NCBI GenBank assembly: GCA_964036045.1
Contig: OZ038378.1
Span: forward strand, 175,770,001-175,834,000
Reading direction: 5' to 3'
Origin: Eutreptiella sp. 'Long Island Sound 2002'
Taxonomy: Eukaryota > Protista > Euglenida
Length of the DNA stretch: 64,000 bases
Below, piece after piece: positions 23,941-35,800 of this stretch. Below the pieces are notes generated by a model. It did no database searches and was not told where the DNA came from. It was given only the letters and a program-made list of their open reading frames with translations. Position numbers and translations under genes: made by a program. Every line of letters begins with the position of its first letter. Within the stretch, counting starts at the first letter, position 1.

Positions 23941-24850
23941 CTTTTAGCCCTTATTTGAGATGTAATGTGCAACAAGTAGCAACACAATTGTTTCAATGTA
24001 CAAGGCTTTTGTTTTCATGGTCTTAGGCTTAGCACCATGAAAAGAAAAGGCGGAGAAAGCACGATGGATTCATATGACCCTTTTTTGTCACAACCATTTC
24101 ACGTGATATAATGTATGGTGTCTTGTTTCCACCTGTCCAAACCTGCTCATTGCACTTCATTAAAAATGTGTAAATACGCACTAGACATCATGCAATCTTA
24201 CTTTGTTGCCAAGTCAATTATCTTTACCAATATAGATCTTACCTCACTCAACACCTGTGTATTCTTTTTTTGTAGCTGAACTCATCACTTCGGCCTACCG
24301 TGTAGGATCTGCATTAACCCAAAGCTAATCTTGATTAATCTTTTATATGTGGAGTAGTCATCACTGAGCGACCGTAAAGGAAACATTTTTGCTTAAAAAT
24401 CCATAAAACAAGCCGAGAGGAGTGCTGTGTAGGTAATTGTTCTCAATCCGCCCCCTGTCTCTTGTTAAAATGGATACTACACATGTTAGGGGAGCAATTG
24501 TTTGCATTTTTCGTATTGAAGAAGAATTATTTTTCCGCTTGCTTGCCGCTTCTAGGCCCCACTTGCAATGTAGATCATGCGCACAAAGTAGCACCCTAGT
24601 TGTTTCAATGTACCAAGGCTTTTCTTTTCATGATGCTTGGTATCATGAAAAGCCTCACATTCACATGATATGATGTATGGTGTCTTGATTCTACTGTTTT
24701 AGACATGTTCATTGCACTTCGTCATAGATATATGGCCACAGGCGAGACATTAGGCAATTCTACTCTGTCGCTCAGTCAATTATCTTCATCAATATCAATC
24801 TCATCCATCTCTACCTGCCCCTTCCTCTTGTGTAGCCCCCATCTGCATGT
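23941..24850. repeat. Two diverged direct copies of a ~330-bp segment
   Basis: ~23941-24295 and ~24545-24850 share ordered blocks (TTGTTTCAATGTAC, ATGTATGGTGTCTTG, TCATTGCACTTC, AGTCAATTATCTT). Confidence 0.75.
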
Positions 24851-25972
24851 TGGGTAATAACCTATTGTTACAGAAACTAGACTGACAATGTGTTCAATGA
24901 ATACGGAAAAAAGCAAGCTCTCGTCTACAAAGCTAATGAAGCAGCTTTTGTGGGCTAGAAGACAAGACCCCCTTTTCTCAGCACTGTGGCTTTGCAGATG
25001 ATAAAGACAACCACGAGCGGATAGGACATCTATTAACATTGCATTCAACGCAACATACAGTCTACATTAAGACCATTCATGGCACACACACTCTACCAGT
25101 TGGCGGTCCAATAAAAAAAATGAAACCGGTATCGTAGATCAAGATCAACCACAAAACACCATTTAAAGTGCCAGTGGCGTGTGGTATGTTGATTTGCGTA
25201 ACTCTGGGTGCATCGAGCTGCTTGGAGATCCGCATAGGTGGCAAAGCAAAGAGTAGTATAGCGCCCGCTTTTTGTGTTGTTCTTGTAACTTTATTGGGTC
25301 TATATGCAGAGACCTACGCTTGAAAACCATCGTGATGATGTTTTTTCAAAACATTTTTCATGTGTGGAACCCTGCAAGCGGAACCTTCGTTCGATTGCAA
25401 ATCACATTTTGTGATAGTGCAAAACTTTGTTTCTCCCTTCATTTGTCTTTTCACAACACAACTACCCCATTTCTGGTTCTGGGTCCCCACAACTACCCAA
25501 AAACACAATGGCCAAATGTAATACAAAAAAGAATGAAAACTGTTTGTAGGTGTAAAATTTCATAAGTGGTAGAGCATCTACGGGCTAGAAAACATAATTC
25601 TTTTCAACCAACCCATTACTAGCTTGAAATGAGCTCGGTATCCATAGGCAAGCTCCATGGTGCCTCGGATGCAATGAGATAGAATATCCCCCCCCCCCAC
25701 GGAAACAAAGTAAGTAACACCTAGTTTGGATCAATGTACATTAGACCCAACCTGCCAAACTCGCCACACAAAAAACATGGAACTTCTTATTTTCTACAAA
25801 ATAGGTAGGAGGTTTGAAAAACTTCACTTTCCCAATTTTCAAGACGAAGTGCTTGAAACACAATAAGTTTACCATCTTTCAAGAAACGGCAGCCTCTTAC
25901 AACCTCTTTTTTTCCAAAACCTCTACCATGCCCTACCGCGGGGGCGCCATACAGGCTGAATGAATATGCCGG

Positions 25973-26197
25973 TTGGTACTTCTGGGTGCACCTACGGGGG
26001 TGGAGGTTTGCAAGTCAATCAAAAAGCTTATTGCCCTTGGCCATTTGTGGCCCTTCAGGGCCACAAATAAATACATTGCAGAGTGCCTGGTGCGCGAGGA
26101 CAAATCCAAACAACAATACAATGCTTTTCTCATGCATGTTGTCAAATGGGTGGGGTACCGACAATTGAACCACACACCATATGCCATGAGTGGGTAA
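25973..26197 (+). pseudogene. Chromodomain-like relic, probably TE-derived
   Basis: KYIAECLVRE...HVVKWVGY resembles the chromodomain Y.VE.I...YlVKWkGY pattern; the TWEP motif is degraded and no flanking ORF is intact. Confidence 0.35.
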
Positions 26198-29100
26198 TGT
26201 TGTTTTTAGTTGAGGGTGGTCCTTAAAAACAGCAGTTTGTTACATCCTTTCAGAGGCTCATTATGCAGCCATATTGATTTCCCCCACTTTGAGCCGGGTT
26301 TGGGTGGGTGGGGGTTCTGAAAAATGGGTACGCGGGTGCAGTTCCGCCCCCCACCCCTACCTTAAGGAAACCTTGACCTTGGCAAGAGGTCTGTCATTTT
26401 ATCTCCCTACATGATGATTTTAAAAACCGTGAAATAGTTTCATACATGGGGAGGTGGTTCGTGAATATACCCCAAAACGTTCGCCGCTTTGTTTAAACAA
26501 TCTCGCTTCAAAGTGATTTTGAGGAAACTGATAGTAATCCAATAATCCTATGAGAAACGCTCACCATTTCAGCATCAAAATGCATCATGGAAGAGGGTAG
26601 GAGTCAATATTCACAGAACCCCACACTACATCATGTGTGTATCACCAGACTAGGTCACCAGACAAGCAGACCTGGCTGTGCACCAGTGAACCCCTGCATT
26701 TGGTGCTGTGGTAATGGTGGGCAATTGCTTTGCTGACTTTGTCCAAATAGCAGGAAATATCATTTGCCTTTTTGGAGCGTGGATGTTAAACTTCAGTCTT
26801 TTGAAATGTGCGCAGAAATATGCAAGAAAAATCACCAACCACAAAGACAATCACAAACAACAGCACCAAATACCCACAGGCAGGAATGATGCACCTGTCT
26901 GCAACAGAGAATTGGCACAATCACTGGATCCAAACCAAAATCTCCAACCTAATCACAGCACCTCAGGGTCAGTGTAGATTCCTGATTGGGTGGACAATTT
27001 GATGTCATCCCAGATTCTGTTAGACAGACTTTATCAGTGGAATAGCCACAACCTGGTGTCTTTGGTACAATTGGAGCCACAGCATGCATGCATGCATGCA
27101 AGCACTGCTGTCACTCCCTCAATCCAACACCTCAAGCCTAAAATGATGACTTGTCATGTTGGAAGTCCGAAACCAAAGTCCTGTCTCCGTCTTCAGCAGT
27201 ACATGAAGCCTCTGACCTTTTCGGTAAGGAAATATAAAATTGGATGAAGAACCTTTTGATGACTGTCAAAAAAAAAGCAGGGGCTGTTTGTTGCTTGCAG
27301 GACAGTAAATCTCAATGCGAGGCAACTCCAGTGCTGCAGACTTGCAACCAGTATCAACGGAGAAGCTTTGCAAGTGAGGGCCCCCACAGTACCAACTGCC
27401 ATTGGCCCTCTGTTGCCTTCAACCACCAAAAATGGGCTATCCAATATTGGTTGCTGAATTGATGTAGAGATTAAACACTGGATTCGGATGTGCCTGGTCC
27501 CCCTTCCCAAAGTGGCATTCCATTGCACTCCTTGACTTGGTCACTGCTCCCTGAATCCCAACTATCCTCTCCTGATGGTCATCTTCATATTCTATGTCTT
27601 TCAACACCGGCTCCAGATGTCTGGGGCCTTGCTTACTTAAACTTGTGGGAGACGGGGGAGGCAGGGTGCACTCCCCAGCATGTAAGAGGTTCGTTTGGCG
27701 GGAAGGTGGTATTTTGTTTGCAGCTAGTCTACAACCAGCACAAGAATTCGCGTTGGTGCAAGAAAGAATTGCAAAGCGTGGTCACTGACATCTGCCCCTC
27801 CAAAGCCTGTCCTGCTGAGTAGCTGCTGTAGGTCATTGATGGGTCATTGAGACACCGCTGGTGGAACAGAATGTAGTGATTTCTCTGGGCTCCAGCTCTG
27901 AAGAAAATTCGACCAATTGCACACTGCACACATCAGACCCGCTGCAGGCAGTGACCTACAAAAGCCTGATGCTGCTCCCATAACAGACTCGAGCTAACAT
28001 GACTAAAAATGCCACTGGAACTTCCAAGTGTAACCACTCTGCACTACACACAAGACTAAACTAAACGCGGGCCCCAGCTGATGATGATTCAAGCTCTGGG
28101 TGCTGATCATAAGTGTTGACTCGAACCCCAACTCTGACTTGTCAATACTACTGATCCTCAAACATATTTCCACGTCACAGTGGCTTTGGAATTGAGCGCA
28201 TAGGGAAACCCAACCTGCGGGGCCCAGGGCAATTGAAATCACTTTGTAAATTGCGATTTCGCAATTCTTTGCTTTAGCTTCTGTATGCCTTTGTGTGCAG
28301 AGCCACGTTTCCCCTTTGTAGCTTAATGGCAGCAAATTGTGCATTGCACCTCACCCAATTGCCACACCATGTGTGACTGAAGGTTCAATGTACAACTCTC
28401 GATTCAGCGGGCTAATGTCCCAGTGGGGCCGAAAAGCGCTCCGTCCAGGACGTAAATTGCGCACCTACAGCAGGCAACATTCCTCAGCGCCTTTGGGCAC
28501 TCTGGGCTGCTGACTGACTGTTTTTCTTCCCAGCCTCGTCTTACAATTAGCTGTCACCCGTTTTTCTGCCTCTGCTTGCTTCTTACAGGGGCCTGAGCAG
28601 GCAACGAGCAAACTGTTAACTCTCACCAGCAGCATGGACCCACACACATCGCCTAATCAGGCACACATCGGACCGGTACCATCACCAATTTGCAGACACA
28701 ACACTACATCGTTCGTCTTTCACAGCACAATGCAAGCCGCTCCTCAGCGTCATGCCCCGTGCCATTCTGTACGAACTGTACTGTAGCCACTCTACTATAC
28801 GAACATCTGTGGATCTGTGCTACTGTGTCCTTAAGTTTCCGCATTTGGGTCTCTAACCGAATGCAGATGTTGCATCTGCAAATGAAATGGCCAGATTTTG
28901 AGGAGAGATGTGTTGGGACCAGCTGTCTCCGACACGCATGGCACGGCTCCAACGCGTCCTCGTGGCCATCTTCTGCGGCTGCTGTTCATGCCTTACTGTC
29001 TGTTCAGGGCGGAGTGGATCATGCCACTGCGATCCCCCACTCACAAGGGTCAGCAGCCCAAGAAGGTCAACCTTCGCCGGCGCTCAGCCCGAGTGCCGCC

Positions 29101-29817
29101 CCACTTGAACATGTGTGAGTGCAAAAGACAGAACACAGGAGACAGACACAGAAGATGAAGCATAAAGACCTGGAGAGAAAGACCAGGAAGCAGGACTCAT
29201 CGTTGAGATGGGACTTGAAATATGGCGTTGACAATTAAAAGGAAGGGGGGATAGCTAGAACACCGAAACCTCAACACGGTGCCGGCCGACCGCCGATTCC
29301 ATTTTGTCACGCAACAACAAACGCAACGCTTTCCACAGGGGCCAGTGCAGGATCATCAAATCAAATGGCCGACTAGCATGGTAAGTCAGGTTATTTCGTG
29401 TGTTGTACTTTCATGTAGGAGAGCATCCCTGGGGAGCCCGGTGCATTGCACGATGTGGGTAATGTAATTGGCGATGAGTTGTGTGGTGGTCGTTGCGATT
29501 GTGTTTGCCGTCGTTGCTGCCGCTGCTGCTGCTGACTGCAGCCACCGTCACGAGTCACCGTGCACCTAAACTCTCAACCTGTCCCTCGCAGAAAAAACCA
29601 AACAAACACAATACAACTTGACTGCACAGCGTCTACCGCAACTGGGACTTCCTCTGTAGGACTGGTGTATTCTTCTCAACACGAAAATGCCGTGTGCTGC
29701 AGCAAAGCGCAGCCCAACAGCTCCCGGCTTCCGGGAGCATTCCTGTTGAGGAGGTTTCAGGGTGAAATGGCTGGTAAATGAGGTGGGTTCAGCGTGGCAC
29801 AGAGATGCACTGTTCAC

Positions 29818-32800
29818 TCATGTTTGCAGACCCCCCGGAGCTGTGGTCATCGAGCGCAAATTGGTCACGCCTTCCGCGAGCCACAAACGGTTCTGCTCGA
29901 GGCTGTTCTTTAAGGAAAATGCAAAACAGAAATTGCTGGACTCCATTACGTCCGGAACTCAGGGAAGAAAGTGCCGTGCGCCCAGTGACTGCTGTCAGTC
30001 ACTCGCCAACCGCCGTTCACCAATCGTTAACCGCCATCGGCTGACCGCCGGCTGCCATTGTAACCGCCACTGCAGCAACCTCTGTAGGCGAGAAAGACAG
30101 AGAGGGGTCCAGCCCAAATCCAGCCTGGAACAGGGCAATCCCACGGAAATGAGCTGAAGCCAACCAAACAATTGGTCTGTTCACCCCCCGAAAAACCTTC
30201 GGCTGTCCCCAGCAGAGAGGACATCCTTTATGGCCAGACCCGGGGCTGCTACTCAAAGCAGCACGACCCACACAGCGTTTGCTGCCCCTCCCACTGCCGC
30301 ACTGACTACCGTCCACAACGCCGCAGCGTCCCCTGGAATGCTGCGGCGAGCCCCTGACCCCCTCTTCCAGTGCACCTCAGCGCTGTTGGTCACCTGCCGA
30401 CCCTCATCAACTCAATATTCCACCGCCATCGGGTACCCCCAACGACCGAGGCAGTGTTCGAAGAAAACAACCACTGCTCTCGGTACACAAAGAGCACTGT
30501 GTCTGTTGCTACCCGCACTTGGTCCCCGGCAGGCCCCCGCCCCAGCCTGTCCCCATTCTGCCACCCCAAGTGTCAGCTCAGGTTTGTTGCAGGACTAAGA
30601 CCATCACTTTTCTTGCCCTGGGGTCCAGATTTTGGTCGCGTTCTCCCGCTCACTCGGACCGCAAGCGCCCGTGGCCCCGCACCAACGGCCGTCCGTTCAC
30701 TGGTTTACCGGTGGACCCTGAACCGCGGTCCGATGAGCACGGACCGCAGTCGGTCAAACGCCAACCCAAAAGCCCTCCACTGCCCCTGGGGCGAAGAGCA
30801 GCCGCCTACACAGTCACTGCGCCCGAGGGGATTTTGAGGTCCTTTGCGAGCACGTTCGGGAGGTTGACGGTGGCAGAGTAGAGGAACAGGTACCGCGTGG
30901 CCACCAACTCCTACGGAAGCGACAGTGGGCAATAGGGGAGGGGCAAGGAGACGCGGAAGGAGGACAGGCCATTGCGTATGGAGGTCCGGAGTGGGATTTG
31001 CCAAAAAAGGGGGGGGCTCATGCTGTGCTCCATGTCCCCGTCCGCCCGGAGGCTCTACCGCGGACCCCATGCTGTGGAGGCATACCACGGACAGGGAGGG
31101 GGGGTCTTGCTGGGGGCACCTACCCACCCCCCTCTTATTCGCATCCCTACCCCCCTCTTCGCCCCCTTATTCAGTTCTCCCTCTTATTGAAGGTTCACGG
31201 CTGGTCCCCCTTCGAACCCCTCCTCCAAGCCATTGCCTGGGGGCTTGGTGGCGGGGGATCAGAAGCCAAAAGTCAGAAGCCAAAAAAAAGTTCATGCACA
31301 TGGAACCGGCCTCCAATTTCTGGCCCCTCATTTTTTCGTGGAAAATTAGTCTGATGCGGTTGGGTGGGTGGGTCGGGCGGTCGGCTGGGGTTGGCCATTT
31401 GACAACCGTTTCTGCTGCTACATGGACTCGAGAACAGGAGGAATACCAAGAAAAGAATGTGCAGCCGCTTTCCAACATCCTCGCTGACTTTTCAGCTTCA
31501 CCGCCCCTTGCCGCCATTGTCACCATCACTGTCACTGTTGAACCAGAGCTCGTGCAGGGGAGGCATTGAAGGATTGTTGCCCCCTTTGCAATCACGGCTG
31601 TGTCTGGAATCAAAGACCACAGGACTGAAAATGGACAAGAGGCTCACCATACCCACGGAACCAATCCCATGCGAGCGCTGTTGTATAGGCAAAATGTCAT
31701 ACCCAGCGGTCTGTTTAACCGGCTGCCTGGCGAACCATCTATTTTCTGCAGCACTTTGGACAGGGATTGAGCCTGCAACGGACCGCTCCACCAGACTGCA
31801 TGGGCATCTTAAACCGGAACGTCGTGCCATGGATACGTCCACTGTCATGCGGTCCCCTCCCCCCATGCCCACTCTTCGCAGGGTACGCTGCGGGAGGGGG
31901 GGGGATTGCCGTTGCGGCCCAGAATCACCTCCCACATGCTCACAGCACAAAGACCAAAGGGCTCGTCAGCGGGCATGTCTGACCACAGGCACCTTTCCGG
32001 CGCACGGTGACGGTGACGCACAGTCAGGGGGTGCCGTAATGAGAAAAAAAAAAAACTCGGAGTGTCCAATACGTCCTACGATGGCGGCCGGTGGATAACC
32101 GATGGCGGGTGGTGGGTAACCGATGGCGGTTTGTGTGTAACCGATGGTGGTTGGTGGGTAACCGATGGCGGGTTGGTCGCTTAACCGACGGCGGTTGGTG
32201 TGTAACCGATGGCGGTTGGTGAGTAGCCACCAAACATCAGAGAGTGGATGCCATAGTATAAAAAAAAAAAGGGTGAGCGTCCTTATGGCACCCCCTGCGC
32301 ACAGTTCAGCAACGGTACGGCACATGCTTGGCATCATGCTGAACTGTGGTACCCCATTGCTCGGGCAACCCGAAGCCCCCTCCCCTTGCCCCCTCTGTAA
32401 CATTAGGTGCTGTTCCTGGCAGTGGGTGCAGGCCATGGGCCCCCGGCCGCACTAAATCCATCTTGCTCTTGTGCTCGGAGCTCGTGCCTGTCCTCAGCAC
32501 TTGCGTACGACTACGTAGGTACTGCCCGCATGGTGTCCAGTTCCCTGCGGGTTCACATGCAGCCCAATCCAGGGCCATGGGGTGCGGAGGGGCCCTCCAC
32601 GACCAATCAGCGTTTGTGCCACACAGGGCCACGGTTGCCCACAGCCACAGACGGGTACCCTTCGCCTCCTCCAAATTGCGTGTGGTTGCCACTGAGTGAT
32701 CATGACAATCCTTGTGCGTCTTAGTGGCTGCACGTGCATGCGCCCTTGCCTTTGCACTTGCACATGGGCAATGGCGCAGTCCGGTTTGCTTACGCAGCAG

Positions 32801-35800
32801 CAGGGAGCGGGAGAAGGGACGGAGAGGGTTGCAGGATAGCGAGAAGAAGGGGTGACCAGGAGGCGAGATTTGAGGCAAGGGAAAGAGATGTGCAGAGGAA
32901 GGGGCACCTCCATCTCCACACGGTAGTGCGGCGAAGACGTGGAGTGCTTGCACTTGGGGCGGTGCAGCTTCCCCTGGCACTTCTTCAGGTCAGGGTCGCC
33001 GTGATTCACCACTTCGCACAGCGCAATGCATTTGACGCTGGCTCCGAACTGTGAGGACTGCCATCCCAAGCCCACGTTGCCATGTGCTGCATACCCCAGC
33101 GCTGTGGCACCGTCCACTGCCATGTAGATGCCAGGGCCATATACTGCACCGTGTGACTGCATTGGAGAAAGATATTGGGCCAAAAGGCAGCGACGACAAG
33201 ACATACATCAGGTGGACAGATGTGATTTGACAAAGGGTGTCAAAGAGTCACACATGCCAGTGTGAATAACGCATGCCCAGCCAACAACGCGTCACACATG
33301 ACATGAACGAAATGAACTAATGAGTCACAAATACAGGGGATTGGCACGAAGTCTCACGCGCGACATGAGCAACATCGTATGAAGGGTTGCGCACTGTGAG
33401 CGGCAATGCAACAGGATTTGAGTGTCCCAAGTTTTGCAGACTCTTTCCAAAAATTGAAATTGAACAAGAAACTACCGGGAGCCTGGTACAGCAAACACGG
33501 GGCGCGCATAGCCGTTGGCATCGAGGCGAGCCACTAGGTCATGGGTACATGAGCACATGGTCCCACTGCTCCTTCAGCGCAGGGTAACAGTAACCTGCCA
33601 GCGGCTACAGAACCCCTGTCGGGGTCCCCAAACTGGGGTAGCAATCAAAATGGCAACATAATCCCTGCCTTCTCGCGGTCCTCAGTGTGGGAGGAACCAA
33701 AATGCGACATCACCCCTGCTTTCTTAGGGGGGAGGAATCAAAATGGCTCATCCCCTACCTTCTTGGGGTCGCCAATATAAAGCAGGAATCAGAAATGCTC
33801 CATAACCCCTGTCGTATGGGTTTCCAGGGGTTCCCACCAGCCTCCTTACTCATAAAATTCGGGTAACATGTTTTTTTCCTGGAACACAACTGATCCAAAA
33901 AAAAGTGCCTTTTCACTCAGTACAAAAACTGAGAAAAAAATATCTTTTGGGCTGCGAAAAAACGGAGCAGAAAGTTTTTACTCAGTGAAAAACAATGAGC
34001 ATTTTTTTGGCTTGACTAAATACAACCACTTATTAAAAAGGAATGTTCTTAAACAGTGAAAAAATTCGGCAACAAAAAAATTGTTTTCTTCACTCTGGGA
34101 AATGATGGAAAATGTTTGCTTTTATTCAGCAGAAAATTCAGCAAAAAATGTTGGTCGGTTTTACTACACACCCGAGGAACATTACCTGTTTCTCGGTGCC
34201 ACTGTAGTTCTTCAGTCCTTTCCTGATGATGGAGTGCCAGTTGCCCAAGCCACTGCCGTGGAACGCATGGAAACTGCCATGGTGGTCGCTCTTCAGCTGC
34301 TTGAAAGCGCGCTCCTTTTCCGGGGGATTGGACTTGAGCAGGAACTGGTGCTCCGTGTGCACCCCTTCCACTCGCATACTGGGGTCCGTGATGTAGTGCA
34401 GCTCACACCTGTTGGTCCCTAAAAAAGAAGGATGCCGAGGGCCGAAGAAACCTCGTTCAGACGTGTGTACACCCTAAAGGGGATATCACTTGGGCATGCG
34501 TGGCGTTCAGATATTTGCCATCCATGCCCACTGGAAATAAACAAAATCCCAATCTTCAAAAGCAGTACAATGCTCATCAGTGCAGTGGAGTGCAGTGTCA
34601 CTGTGCATGCAGTGCCCACAATTAGCATCTACGTCGGGCGAGATCTGCCTTACAGGCGGTGTCACATCCGGTGCACTTGTTTGGTGCTGAAACCCGTCAT
34701 CATGAATGATGACGAAATCACAGTTAAGATCCAACTCCGTCCCAACAATGTGTTCTGCTCCCAGGAGCTACCCCTGTCAGTTTGCCAGAACCTCCGACCC
34801 CCGCGTCCCCATGCTTTGGCCCCAACCGCCTCTGATCGCCGTGGGTTACCTGGCCTTCAAGCAGACTGATTTCGACAGCAATCATGTTCTTGTCCATGTG
34901 CATGGAGCTGGACAGCCCCATTTGGAAGCACGTTGCTGTTTATCAAGGGGATGGTACACCAGCGTTTCAGCCGGGGCTGGTGCCGTGGGTTCCCAAGCAC
35001 CAAGGAGCGATTTTACTGAACACCCAACAATTTTGGTTCCACTGTAATGCCATGACGGCCAATCGTTGCCTTCTGTGCGACAGTGCGTCTGCAAGTTGAG
35101 CTACGGGGCCCAGGGTGGTCCTTAACGCAAAACAGACGTTGATTTCCGCTTGACCCAACAAATGCGCACATCGACACGGGGGACAAGCACGACCTTGCAA
35201 AATGCAAAACTTCAAATCATCCACCTAAGCTTTGTCACTGGTAGAGATAACACATGTGCACCTTCACCCGCAGTGGCTGCTTAATGAACAAAAATTGGCC
35301 ACTGGCCGCCAGCGGTTGGCGGTTAGTCGCCCACCCAGAGCGCTGTCCTGAGGAGCGGCTGAGAGTCTAGGCCAGAGGACAGCCCCATGGGAGAAGGGAC
35401 CGTTGGCGAACAAACGAAGTGGAGCAAGGAGGGAGCTGTGTGGCACGAAAATCCAGGCAGCAGGTTTGGCGAGTGACCCCATCAGAGCAGTCGATTGGTC
35501 ACGAGATTCACTCAAGATGGCCCCCTCCGCTTGGATTTTGGATGGGTATCCAGGAAGTACCATTGGCCATGGTGTTTAAGAGCCTGGGCCTCCCGCTGTA
35601 TCTGTCTGTATCCGGTGGGCCTCCAGAAGGGATGTTGTCAGCGCGTTACTGGTGCGTTTGCCCCCGGAGTTACTTCCCCTTTCCGAGCAACTGGAGCGCG
35701 AGCAACTGGGGCACGCGCGACATACCGATGATCCAACGCAGCAGTTTGTACAGCAGCGGGTGAATATTCTCCAGCTCCTCGCGGAGGATGCCTTTCTTCG

